IMG/VR virus record: IMGVR_UViG_3300049170_000023
Location: 1 to 45,896 of that record
Origin: a virus
Lineage: Duplodnaviria; Caudoviricetes
Length of the DNA: 45,896 bases
Strand: one strand, 5' to 3'
How positions within the stretch are numbered: position 1 is the first letter of the stretch; each line of letters opens with the position of its first letter. Below the pieces are notes generated by a model that saw only the letters and a program-made list of their open reading frames with translations, made no database searches and was not told the DNA's origin. The position numbers were made by a program, and so were the translations under genes. This document shows positions 36,101 to 44,066 of the stretch, one piece after another.

Positions 36101-36216
36101 CGGCAACAGGTACGACCTGGGCTGATGCGGCCGCCCCCACTGCGGCCTGGGCCACTGAAGCTGCTGACCCCTCGACTTGGACAGACGTTCCCTCCAGCCC
36201 TGGCGGCTGGACCTGA
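33175..36216 (+). CDS. Large tail/receptor-binding protein: propeller-like N-domain, 20-aa repeats, LamG-like domain, Trp-repeat C-terminus
   Basis: Asp-box-like STDGGATW; GQA.I.S.S.V.A..QRV repeats; beta-sandwich-like segment; W about every 10 aa at the C-terminus. Confidence 0.7.
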   Translation: MAFPTSITGLNGSIAQRVGRPCLSSGGNVYVVGVSASDRTKLQVYKATDPSSSWSQAGADVTLANGIKAFASFQVGDAIHVATHDGPDNALGTNVIRYHVFSISSDSWTTSNEDVKTAYSAMGSVQDDGSPDWGEFWIGIAVRSDGDVIILYQGVQSIVMGTSRPQTKYARKESGTWTIDVDVGGDTVKGHVPSNILMTANDRAHLIYGETTTGTFGKWLKTLNSANSLSAAQDRGTPSSINFATAIPGVSSVDISGTVKCSVFQVTANNEISGHTFDDADTPSLTLRSDITGTTNVVNGIEPGQAIAVAVNGTTTWAFFPQQTTSDIYRMSSTDGGATWGTPASFATGPSGTISWVSGNVYTRGGNIVFGVLYSEGGTVKYDEYVIGSAGPTTHNGQATITSTSTAAAAAQRVVHGQATITSTSEVTAAGSTSLTHDGQAAIDSASSVTASAQRVVLAQAEIAATSTTSAAARVVLSGAASVESSSTVAAAAQRVAQGQAAVSSESAVTAAGQRVAQGQAAIAGSSSVSASGVLTLVAAASIASASEVTANGVLAVYQNGAATIASDSALTAAGQRVAQGQVAIASESAVIATGALITSGQATVASSSSVTAAAAIIYGDAPSEIFSGTGVNGTWLDSTPLTRFQTTSTSGTAISAYGDRFGRWVDRSGNARDPTTTATDSTRPQAVQGTSPNDWRFYGFLRDTVLSAAAIGGTNATGFYCAFAGQPTNYYGELFSDVNTTNTGFRLLHDADGNGTVPQFIFSAGTGSARVEVRIATGNTIFTNPPANTPSVIECWWDGSQIHIRRNGGTAVSASCSTVSAGTSDLRFNGNLDASHKGFNIYELVSTKTHLPASDVRGRVRDYLTALTSGPPVVYRDGSATVTSTSTLDVAPSLRIAASAAVAATSTIAAAARRVAQAQAQIDALSTVLAGAEVYSPYQNGSAIIAAISSASAAATVTGLWEPVQDTAGAWTEVSATGTTWADAAAPTAAWATEAADPSTWTDVPSSPGGWT

Positions 36217-36228
36217 TCGAGGGCAGCC

Positions 36229-37143
36229 ATGGCAGACACCTTCACCACAAACCTCACGCTGACCAAACCTGAGGTCGGGGCCTCAGAGGACACCTGGGGA
36301 ACCAAGGCCAACGCCAACTTCGACACGCTGGACGCCATCTTCAAGGGCGACGGCACCGGCACTTCGGTAGGCATGCAGGTCGCCACCGGCAAGACGTTTC
36401 GCTGCAGCGGCACCATTGACATCACCGGGGCCACGTTCACCGGCCTCACGGCTTCGCAGGTGAACACCGCCCAGGGCGGAACGTCGGTGCTGACCACTGG
36501 AGCGCAGTCCATCGCAGGCGCCAAGACGTTTAGCGATGCGGTCACCTTGACTGGAGCCTTCACAGCATCTGGCACGGTTGACGGGCTCACCTCGGCAAAG
36601 CTGGCTGCTGCCGGCAACCTGGGCGCAGCTCCGGTGCTGGTGGCGAACGCGCAGACCATCGCGGGCGTCAAGACCTTCTCCGATGGCGTGAGCACTCCTA
36701 CGCTCACCAACGTTGACACGATCAACGGCAAGAAGGTGCATGGCCCTCTGTTCAGCGCCTACCAAAGTACTGCGCAAAGCCTAGCTTCCGGGGTGCAGAC
36801 CAAGATCCAGTTCCAGACTGAGGAATTCGACACCGACGGCGCGTTCAACTCCACGACCACCTACCGATTCCAGCCCACGATCGCCGGGTACTACCAACTC
36901 CAGGCCACCGTCAGCCTGGCATCGATGGCAATCATCTACCTGTACAAGAACGGGGCGGAGTTCAAGCGCGGGCTTCAGTACAACGTTGCCAACGTCTCGG
37001 CCGGCGTTACCGCACTGGTGTTCTTCAACGGGACCACGGACTACGTTGAAATCTACGCGCTGCAGTCATCTGGATCTTCGCAAAACACCAATGCAGGCGC
37101 GAACCTGACGTACTTTCAGGGCTTCATGGCGAGGGCGTCCTGA
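36229..37143 (+). CDS. Tail fiber protein with C1q-like C-terminal domain
   Basis: [17 protein letters not shown] anchor; Q.IAG.KTFSD repeats; FSAY..FDT..F..RF.P..AGYY..DYVEIY. Confidence 0.85.
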   Translation: MADTFTTNLTLTKPEVGASEDTWGTKANANFDTLDAIFKGDGTGTSVGMQVATGKTFRCSGTIDITGATFTGLTASQVNTAQGGTSVLTTGAQSIAGAKTFSDAVTLTGAFTASGTVDGLTSAKLAAAGNLGAAPVLVANAQTIAGVKTFSDGVSTPTLTNVDTINGKKVHGPLFSAYQSTAQSLASGVQTKIQFQTEEFDTDGAFNSTTTYRFQPTIAGYYQLQATVSLASMAIIYLYKNGAEFKRGLQYNVANVSAGVTALVFFNGTTDYVEIYALQSSGSSQNTNAGANLTYFQGFMARAS

Positions 37144-37168
37144 TGTACCCCAACCCGGAGGACTTGCA

Positions 37169-37393
37169 GTGAAGACAGAAGCCATCACCAACTTCTTCTC
37201 GCGAGTAAGCGAGGCGGTTCAATCCATCGTCCAGCAGCCAGAGTTCACCGAGCAAGTAGTCAAAGGCTCGCCGGCTGTCGCCGCTGCGGCATGGACGATG
37301 AATGATTGGGTCGTCCTTCTCACCGGCATCTACGTCGCCTTGCAGACCGCCTATCTGGTGCGCAAGTGGTGGCGCGAAGAGGCGAAGAAGTGA
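37169..37393 (+). CDS. Putative holin
   Basis: Hydrophobic helix with basic C-terminus upstream of the endolysin. Confidence 0.65.
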   Translation: MKTEAITNFFSRVSEAVQSIVQQPEFTEQVVKGSPAVAAAAWTMNDWVVLLTGIYVALQTAYLVRKWWREEAKK

Positions 37394-37593
37394 AAGCCGC
37401 CCTGCTGGCCCTGTTGCTGGCGGGATGCGCATCCGGTGTGCGCATGTCCGATGCGCAGCGGATTGAATGTCGCAACGAGGGCTGCGTGGCAGTCACCGAG
37501 CGCCAGGTCATTCGCCTGGTGGAGCGCGCGATTGTCGAAGGCTACAAGCACGGATGGCGCGATGCCAACAAGCAGGCGGGGAGGGAGCTATGA
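37390..37593 (+). CDS. Lipoprotein in lysis cassette (spanin-like candidate)
   Basis: MKAALLALLLAG-C lipobox; overlaps holin and endolysin. Confidence 0.65.
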   Translation: MKAALLALLLAGCASGVRMSDAQRIECRNEGCVAVTERQVIRLVERAIVEGYKHGWRDANKQAGREL

Positions 37594-38144
37594 ACTTCGA
37601 AGCGTTCATCGACAAGATTCTGGCCGCTGAGGGCGGCTATGCCGATCACCCATCAGACAGGGGCGGCCCGACCATGTACGGCGTCACCGAGGCTGTTGCC
37701 CGGCGAAGCGGCTACGACGGCCCGATGCAGGAACTGCCGGAGAGCCTTGCACGCGAGATTTACCGCAAGCGATACATCGTCCGGCCGGCCTTCGATAAGG
37801 TGGCCGCCATCAGTCCCGCAATCGGCTTCGAATTGGCTGATACGGGCGTGAACATGGGTCCGGCCCGCGCATCGGAGTTCCTCCAGCGCTGGCTCAATGG
37901 CCTCAATGCGCGGGGTTCCCGATACGCCGATCTCTTTGTCGATGGACGCATCGGGGAAGTGACGTTGACGGCCCTGCGCGCCTACCTGCGCTGGCGAGGC
38001 CCCCAAGGTGAGCGCGTGCTCCTTTCCGGGTTGGACTGCGTGCAGGGGGCGCGCTATCTGGAGATCGCTGAGGGCAACCCATCCCAAGAGGACTTTCTCT
38101 ATGGGTGGGTGCTGCACCGCATCAATACGGGGATGTTGCCATGA
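37590..38144 (+). CDS. Endolysin, glycoside hydrolase family 108 with PG-binding domain
   Basis: EGGY.DHP.DRGG.T.YG.T; VDG.IG..T; FLYGW. Confidence 0.93.
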   Translation: MNFEAFIDKILAAEGGYADHPSDRGGPTMYGVTEAVARRSGYDGPMQELPESLAREIYRKRYIVRPAFDKVAAISPAIGFELADTGVNMGPARASEFLQRWLNGLNARGSRYADLFVDGRIGEVTLTALRAYLRWRGPQGERVLLSGLDCVQGARYLEIAEGNPSQEDFLYGWVLHRINTGMLP

Positions 38145-38551
38145 TCAGCATGTTCGAAACCCCGCTGAAGGTCGCCCAAGTCGGCAAGGGCCACTGGCGC
38201 CTGGACGCGGATCTGGTTTTCTTCTCCGAGGCCATCGGCTACGTGGTTGTCCCTGAGGGGTTCGTCACCGACTTCGCATCGGTGCCCCGCATCCCCTTTG
38301 CCTACATGCTGACTGGAGGAAAGGCAAGCAGTGCCAGTGTGATTCACGATTACCTCTACTCAACGCAGGGCGTCTCCCGAGCCACTGCTGATGCCGTCTT
38401 CTACGAGGCGATCAGGGTGGAGGGGCATAGCCGGTTCACGGCGAGCCTGATGTGGCTTGGCGTGCGCGTGGGCGGATGGTGGGCCTGGGACAAGCCGAAC
38501 GTCCCGCAGTCACCTGACGTGCAGGAACGCATGGCGCAAGAGGCCCCCTGA
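38141..38551 (+). CDS. DUF1353 family protein
   Basis: VP.GF.TDFASVP..IHDYLY..AD..F..VR.GG. Confidence 0.88.
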   Translation: MISMFETPLKVAQVGKGHWRLDADLVFFSEAIGYVVVPEGFVTDFASVPRIPFAYMLTGGKASSASVIHDYLYSTQGVSRATADAVFYEAIRVEGHSRFTASLMWLGVRVGGWWAWDKPNVPQSPDVQERMAQEAP

Positions 38552-40071
38552 TGGACACCTTCGTCTCCCTCAAACCGCCGCCAGGCATCTGGCGCAATGG
38601 CTCGCGCTACGAGGCCAAGGGCCGCTGGTACGACGGCAACCTGATCCGCTGGCTCAATGGGCGCCTTCGTCCTGTCGGCGGCTGGCAGCGATTCAGTCTT
38701 ACTGCGCTGGCAACTCCGGTGCGAGGCTTGCAGGCATGGCGGGCCAACAACCAGGCGCGCTGGCTGGCGCTGGGGGCCTCGGATGGCCTCTTTGTGCACG
38801 ACGGCAGCACGCTCCTGAACATCACCCCCTCCGGATTCAACGCTGGCCGTGGGAACTCCGTTTATGGCCTTGGCTGGGGAGCAGGCAAGTACGGACTAGA
38901 GGCCTACGGCACCGCCCGGTCATCTACCGGCATCGTGCTTGACGCGACTTCATGGAGCATGGACAACTTCGGAGAGGTGTTGCTGGGGGTGGCCTCCGGC
39001 GATGGCAGGCTCTACGAGTGGACCCCCAGCCAGTTCGCATCCCCGGCACCCGGCCATCTGGCAACCGCAGTCACCAACGCTCCGCTTGGCAATGCTTCCA
39101 TGTTCGTTACCGAGGAGCGGCATGTGGTGTGCCTTGGGGCGGGAGGAAATCCCCGCAAGGTGCAGTGGAGCAGCCGGGAGCACCGCACCCTATGGACCGC
39201 GGCATCAGACAACACCGCTGGCAGCCTGGATGTGACAACGCCTGGGAAGTTGCTTCGCGGCGTTCGCTACCGGGGCGAGTCTCTGATTTTCACCGACACC
39301 GAACTGCACCTGATGCGGTTCGTCGGGTCGCCGCTGGTCTACGGCATCAGCCAGGTTGGAGAAGCAAACGGCCTGATCGGCCCGCAAGCGGTGGTGACGC
39401 TCGGGGATCAGGTCGTCTGGATGGGGGCGAACTCCTTTTGGTCTTATGACGGCGTGGTGCGCCAGATCCCCTGCGATGTCGCCGAATACGTCTTCCAGGA
39501 CATCAACGTCCTGCAAGGCGCCAAGGTGGTTGGGGGGCACAACGGCGAGTTCGGTGAGGTCTGGTGGTTCTACCCTAAAGCCAGCAGCCTGGAAAACGAC
39601 AGGTACGTCATCTGGAACTACCGGGAAAACTGGTGGAGCTTCGGCCAGCTTGCCCGTACGGCATGGGTGGACAAGGGCGTCTGGCCCCATCCCATCGGGT
39701 GTTCCCCTGACGGGCAGTTGTACCAGCATGAGCAGGGCTGGACCGACAACGGCGCTGATCGCTATCCGTCGATCTTTGCGGAAACCGGCGCCATGGACCT
39801 GGGCAACGGCGAGCGGTTTACGGAAGTGCGCCAGTTGATCCCCGACGACTGTAGCGACGACGGATGCCTGAAACTGACCTTCGCCCTGCGAGTGAACCCG
39901 CAGAGCACCCCTTACCGCACCGCAGGCCCCTACGAGTTCACGCAGGCCAATGGCTACTGCGATGCCCGCTTTGCTGCCCGGCAGGTGGACATGAAAGTAG
40001 CCCCGACCAAGGATGCGGACTTTCACTTCGGAGTTGTCCGCGCTGACGTGAGGCCCGGGAGCGGCCGGTGA
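38551..40071 (+). CDS. Tail hub/nozzle protein (P22 gp10-like DNA stabilization protein)
   Basis: Beta-propeller-like; V.WS..E....W....N.AG; EVWWFYP..NDRYV.WNY.E..W..G.L.RTAW.D. Confidence 0.85.
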   Translation: MDTFVSLKPPPGIWRNGSRYEAKGRWYDGNLIRWLNGRLRPVGGWQRFSLTALATPVRGLQAWRANNQARWLALGASDGLFVHDGSTLLNITPSGFNAGRGNSVYGLGWGAGKYGLEAYGTARSSTGIVLDATSWSMDNFGEVLLGVASGDGRLYEWTPSQFASPAPGHLATAVTNAPLGNASMFVTEERHVVCLGAGGNPRKVQWSSREHRTLWTAASDNTAGSLDVTTPGKLLRGVRYRGESLIFTDTELHLMRFVGSPLVYGISQVGEANGLIGPQAVVTLGDQVVWMGANSFWSYDGVVRQIPCDVAEYVFQDINVLQGAKVVGGHNGEFGEVWWFYPKASSLENDRYVIWNYRENWWSFGQLARTAWVDKGVWPHPIGCSPDGQLYQHEQGWTDNGADRYPSIFAETGAMDLGNGERFTEVRQLIPDDCSDDGCLKLTFALRVNPQSTPYRTAGPYEFTQANGYCDARFAARQVDMKVAPTKDADFHFGVVRADVRPGSGR

Positions 40072-41930
40072 GCCTACCAATTCCGCCAAAGACATATGAC
40101 CCGCGCTGGGCCGCGGAGCTCGTCCGCGCGCTGGAATTGCAGATGCAGCAGCAGTTCGCGCGGGGCAAGGACGTCGAGGTAGGCCAGAACAGGGTCTGGC
40201 TCACAAGCCCGAACGGCACTCGCTACCAGGTGCAGGTTGCCGACAACGGCACGCTAACGTCCTCTCAAGCGGTGGCAGAGCCATTGCCGCCGCCGCCGCA
40301 GGTGTACGTCACTGCCTCCGCGAGTGTTGCCGCCACTTCAACGGTAGCCGCGCGCGCCGAGCCATCCGCGACATCCAAGGACGGCAGCGCGACTATCACG
40401 GCATCTTCGTCCTTGGCGGTCAATGGCACGCTCAAGGTGGCAGCCAGCGCGGCCATCTCCAGCGTCTCCACGCTCGCCGCGGCAGGCGCGCTCAGCAGCG
40501 GTACGGCAAACCTGCTGGTGCGCTCGGAGCAATTCAATCACTCGGCCTGGGCGGCCACCCTGGCGTCCGGTTTCCCGACGGTCGAGCGCAACGTCTCGAA
40601 CGACCCGAACGGCCAGGCCAGGGTTGATGAACTGACCGTCAACTACAGCGGCAGCAACTACGTCCGCCAGCACGTTACCGGCCTGACCATCGGGCAAACC
40701 TATACGCTTTCATGCTGGGTGCAGACCGGCCGCACCAGCAGTGCCTCACGGGTTCGACTGACCACGAACAACACCTCGGCGTGGAGCACTGGTGCGTCGT
40801 CCGTGCACACGCTTTCCAGCACCCTGACCCGCGTTTCCGTCACCTGGACGCAGCAGGGCACCACCAGCGCCGCGCTGATGATCGGCTCTGTGCAGGTCGA
40901 TGGGACTGGCGATGACACCTGCCTGGGGAATGTTCGCATCTGGGGCGCGATGCTCAACGTCGGCGTCACCCCGGCCACCTACGTCGCCACTGGCGAGAGC
41001 GAGGACACGAGTTCTTCGGGCGGGGTTCCAAGCAAGGTGTTCGGCATCTACTACGAGGTCTACCACGCAAGTCGCGGAGCCCCGACGCCGCAAATCAACC
41101 AGATCCCTACCGAGTTCAACCTCATTTACTGCTTCCACTGCAAGTTCAATACGAACGGCTCTGCGCGGTACGAGCACATCACCGACACCACGGCGGCCGA
41201 AATACAGGCTGCGCGGACGGCAGGCCAGAAGGTGATCCTGACGCTCGGCGGCGGGCAGGGCAATCACTTCATCTATACCAGCCGGACCCAGACCCAGGCC
41301 CTGGTGACGTCGCTCAAGACGATCATCAGCGACCTCGGAGGCGTGGACGGTATCGACTGGAACAACTACGAGGGCAGCACCCTCACTACAGACAACCGTT
41401 CGATCTTTGCCGACGAACTTATTTGGGCGGTCCAGGAGTTGCGCAAGCCGGCGCCGGAAGGCTACGGCTCCAACTTCATGGTTACGTCACCGTCGTCGCC
41501 GAACGAGCCAAACGACCAGTTCGTGATGCAGCGCATGAACGACGCAGGAGCACTCACCTACGCCGCGCCGCAGTTCTACGATTGGTCGGGCTTCTCGGAC
41601 TCGGGCTTCATCAAGGGCAGGATCGACACTTGGGTGAACACCGTCATGCGCGGCGATGCGACCAAGGTGGTTGTCGGGTTCCCCGGTGACTACCTGTCTC
41701 GGTGGGATGGCGGGGCAGGGCCGAACACGAACGACTGTATCCGCGAGTGGACCAACATCAAGGCGGCCCATCCAAACATCCGCGGCTGCTTCGCGTGGTC
41801 CGCCATGTCCTCATCCGGTGCCCAGCACACGCAGTATGGCTACCAGTACACCGAAACCCGCCTGCCGAACGCGAACGCGCCCAACCGCTTCAAGTGGATT
41901 GCCGACATGCATGCACGGGTGACGACATGA
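40068..41930 (+). CDS. Needle-position tail protein fused to repeats, a CBM-like domain and a GH18 (chitinase-like) domain
   Basis: N-terminal LTSPNGTRY...V.D.G.L; NLL..SE.F..W..YT.S.WV CBM-like segment; LTLGG, DGIDWNNYE, PQFYD, GCFAWS. Confidence 0.75.
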   Translation: MSLPIPPKTYDPRWAAELVRALELQMQQQFARGKDVEVGQNRVWLTSPNGTRYQVQVADNGTLTSSQAVAEPLPPPPQVYVTASASVAATSTVAARAEPSATSKDGSATITASSSLAVNGTLKVAASAAISSVSTLAAAGALSSGTANLLVRSEQFNHSAWAATLASGFPTVERNVSNDPNGQARVDELTVNYSGSNYVRQHVTGLTIGQTYTLSCWVQTGRTSSASRVRLTTNNTSAWSTGASSVHTLSSTLTRVSVTWTQQGTTSAALMIGSVQVDGTGDDTCLGNVRIWGAMLNVGVTPATYVATGESEDTSSSGGVPSKVFGIYYEVYHASRGAPTPQINQIPTEFNLIYCFHCKFNTNGSARYEHITDTTAAEIQAARTAGQKVILTLGGGQGNHFIYTSRTQTQALVTSLKTIISDLGGVDGIDWNNYEGSTLTTDNRSIFADELIWAVQELRKPAPEGYGSNFMVTSPSSPNEPNDQFVMQRMNDAGALTYAAPQFYDWSGFSDSGFIKGRIDTWVNTVMRGDATKVVVGFPGDYLSRWDGGAGPNTNDCIREWTNIKAAHPNIRGCFAWSAMSSSGAQHTQYGYQYTETRLPNANAPNRFKWIADMHARVTT

Positions 41931-42301
41931 ACTGGCTTTTCGAGTTCAAACGGTGCGAGCCATGGATATCCTCGGCTCTACAATATTGCGGCGACACCCA
42001 TGAGCCCGAAGACGTGCTTCTGATGGTGGCCCAGGGCGAGGCTCAGTTCTGGCCCGGCCAACGCAGCGCCGTCGTCACCACCGTACTGCATCACCCCCGC
42101 CGCAAGGAACTGTTCTTCTGGCTGGCAGGGGGCGACCTGGACGAACTCCAGGACATGTACCGTGACATCGAGACGTGGGGCCGAGAGCAAGGCTGCACGC
42201 TAGCCACTCTCGCCGGCCGACGAGGCTGGGAGAGAACATTCCTGCGCGACGAGGGATACACCCCCCGGTGGTTCGCGGCATCGAAGGAGCTTTCGGCATG
42301 A
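41927..42301 (+). CDS. GNAT-like acetyltransferase-fold protein of the tail/ejection module
   Basis: QFWPG..SA.VT..WLAGGDL.EL..GC......GR.GW.R. Confidence 0.7.
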   Translation: MNWLFEFKRCEPWISSALQYCGDTHEPEDVLLMVAQGEAQFWPGQRSAVVTTVLHHPRRKELFFWLAGGDLDELQDMYRDIETWGREQGCTLATLAGRRGWERTFLRDEGYTPRWFAASKELSA

Positions 42302-43620
42302 GCAAGATTTTTTCCAGCAAGAGCACCAACAGCGGCGCTCAGACCACCGCCATTGACCCGGTGCAGCGGCAGATGATGCTTGACGCCTACGGGCGCATGA
42401 AGACTGTCGCTGATAGCCCGTACCAACCCTATGGCGGGCAGACCGTGGCGGGGATGACCGGGGACCAGCATCAGGCGGCTAATCTTGTCCGCTCCGGGGT
42501 GAGCCAGAACATCGGTGGCGGCGCGCTACAGAACGCCATGGGCATGACCACCCAGGCCGGCGGCTGGACGCCGGGACAGATCAGCGCGCAGAGCGTCAAC
42601 CCGTCGATGGTGAGCGCAGGCCGGTTCGCCGGCACCGACATGAGCCAGTACATGAACCCGTACCTGGGCGAGGTGGCTGGTGGGATGGTGTCGGATATGG
42701 AGCGGGCACGGCAGGGCGCTCTTGGCAGCAACGCCGATGCAGCCATCGCAGCAGGGGCCTACGGTGGCTCCCGGCATGGCGTGGTGGATGTCGGGACCAA
42801 TCGCGAGTTCTTCGACACGCTCGGCAAGAACTTGACGAGCCTCTATTCGGGCGGGTTTGATCGGGCATCGCAACTGGCTGTAGGCGACATCGACCGCAGC
42901 ATGCAGGGGCAGATGGCGAACCAGGGCGCAGGGTTGCAGGCCGGCATGGCGAATCAGGGGGCGGATCTCTCCGCGCAGAACGCGAACAACCAGTGGGGCG
43001 CAACCCGTGCCAACCTGGGGCTGTCCGCTGGCGCGCAACTGGCCGGCATGGGGCAGCAGGAGCGGGAAAACTACTTTCAGAACGCAGGATTGCTCCAGGG
43101 GATTGGCGACCGCTACCAGGCGCAAGACCAAGCGTATCTTGACGACTCCTACGCCCGCTTCCAGGAAGAGCAGAACCACCCGATGCAGATGGCCGGAATG
43201 TTGGGCAACTTCGTCAACGGCATGCCGTCGATGGGGAGCACCACCACTGGCGGCAGCACCGCCAGGCAGAGCCCCAGCATCATGAACTCGCTTGGGCAGG
43301 GCCTCGGCATGGCCGGCGCCCTCATGGCCTTCTCGGACAAGAACATCAAGAGCGGCCGAAAGAAGTTCGGCGTTACCGGCGCTCTCAAAGCCATCGAGAA
43401 AACGCCCGTCGAAACCTGGAAGTACGACCCGGCAAAGGGCGGCCCTGCTGACGGCGAGACGCACATCGGCCCCATGGCGCAGGCGGTGAAGAAGAACCTC
43501 GGCCTTGGCTCGGGCAAGTCCTTCCCGGTGGTGGACATGATCGGCACGCAGATGGCGGCCACGCAGGCGCTGGCGAAAAAGGTGCGCAAACTCGAAGGCA
43601 AGAAGGGAGCGAAGAAGTGA
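42298..43620 (+). CDS. DNA ejection/pilot protein with C-terminal S74-like intramolecular chaperone
   Basis: YMNPY, GAYGGSR.GV, Gln/Gly-rich; C-terminal FSDKNIK..W.Y..HIGPMAQ. Confidence 0.8.
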   Translation: MSKIFSSKSTNSGAQTTAIDPVQRQMMLDAYGRMKTVADSPYQPYGGQTVAGMTGDQHQAANLVRSGVSQNIGGGALQNAMGMTTQAGGWTPGQISAQSVNPSMVSAGRFAGTDMSQYMNPYLGEVAGGMVSDMERARQGALGSNADAAIAAGAYGGSRHGVVDVGTNREFFDTLGKNLTSLYSGGFDRASQLAVGDIDRSMQGQMANQGAGLQAGMANQGADLSAQNANNQWGATRANLGLSAGAQLAGMGQQERENYFQNAGLLQGIGDRYQAQDQAYLDDSYARFQEEQNHPMQMAGMLGNFVNGMPSMGSTTTGGSTARQSPSIMNSLGQGLGMAGALMAFSDKNIKSGRKKFGVTGALKAIEKTPVETWKYDPAKGGPADGETHIGPMAQAVKKNLGLGSGKSFPVVDMIGTQMAATQALAKKVRKLEGKKGAKK

Positions 43621-44054
43621 ACGACTACCAGCGGCCCCCGCGCTTCTACGCCAACTACCCTGTCCCGACCGGCTCCGGCTTCGGCCTGCTGGACGAGTGG
43701 GACTACGTGAATCCCTACCTGCAGGCTCACCAGCCTTCACAGGTGCCCACCGATCCGGGCTATGCCGGAGATCCGGTGCAGCTGCCGGCTCGATCCTCGC
43801 TGCTGGATGACCCGGAGGAAGTCGAGATGAACCCGACCGACATGCGACTGGCGGCAGGGACTCAGGCCACGCCGATGAATCCGGGTGGGCCGACGAAGGG
43901 CGACTTTCTGCGCTTGGCCGGCATGCTCTCGGAGCAGGGAAAGTCCGACGCCCCGCCTGTCCCGGGCCTGCACCTGAATACGTCCGGTGTCTGGCAGGGT
44001 GGAAAACACCTGGACATCACCCCCTACCTGCGGCAGTTCGGCCGCCGTCGTTGA
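43617..44054 (+). CDS. Putative internal virion protein
   Basis: GTGA overlap; Pro/Gly-rich, in the ejection module. Confidence 0.6.
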   Translation: MNDYQRPPRFYANYPVPTGSGFGLLDEWDYVNPYLQAHQPSQVPTDPGYAGDPVQLPARSSLLDDPEEVEMNPTDMRLAAGTQATPMNPGGPTKGDFLRLAGMLSEQGKSDAPPVPGLHLNTSGVWQGGKHLDITPYLRQFGRRR

Positions 44055-44066
44055 AGGAGAGTAGCG

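Noticed and set aside
33175-41930. Diversity-generating retroelement acting on tail genes
   Set aside because: No reverse transcriptase and no TR/VR pair differing at adenines was found
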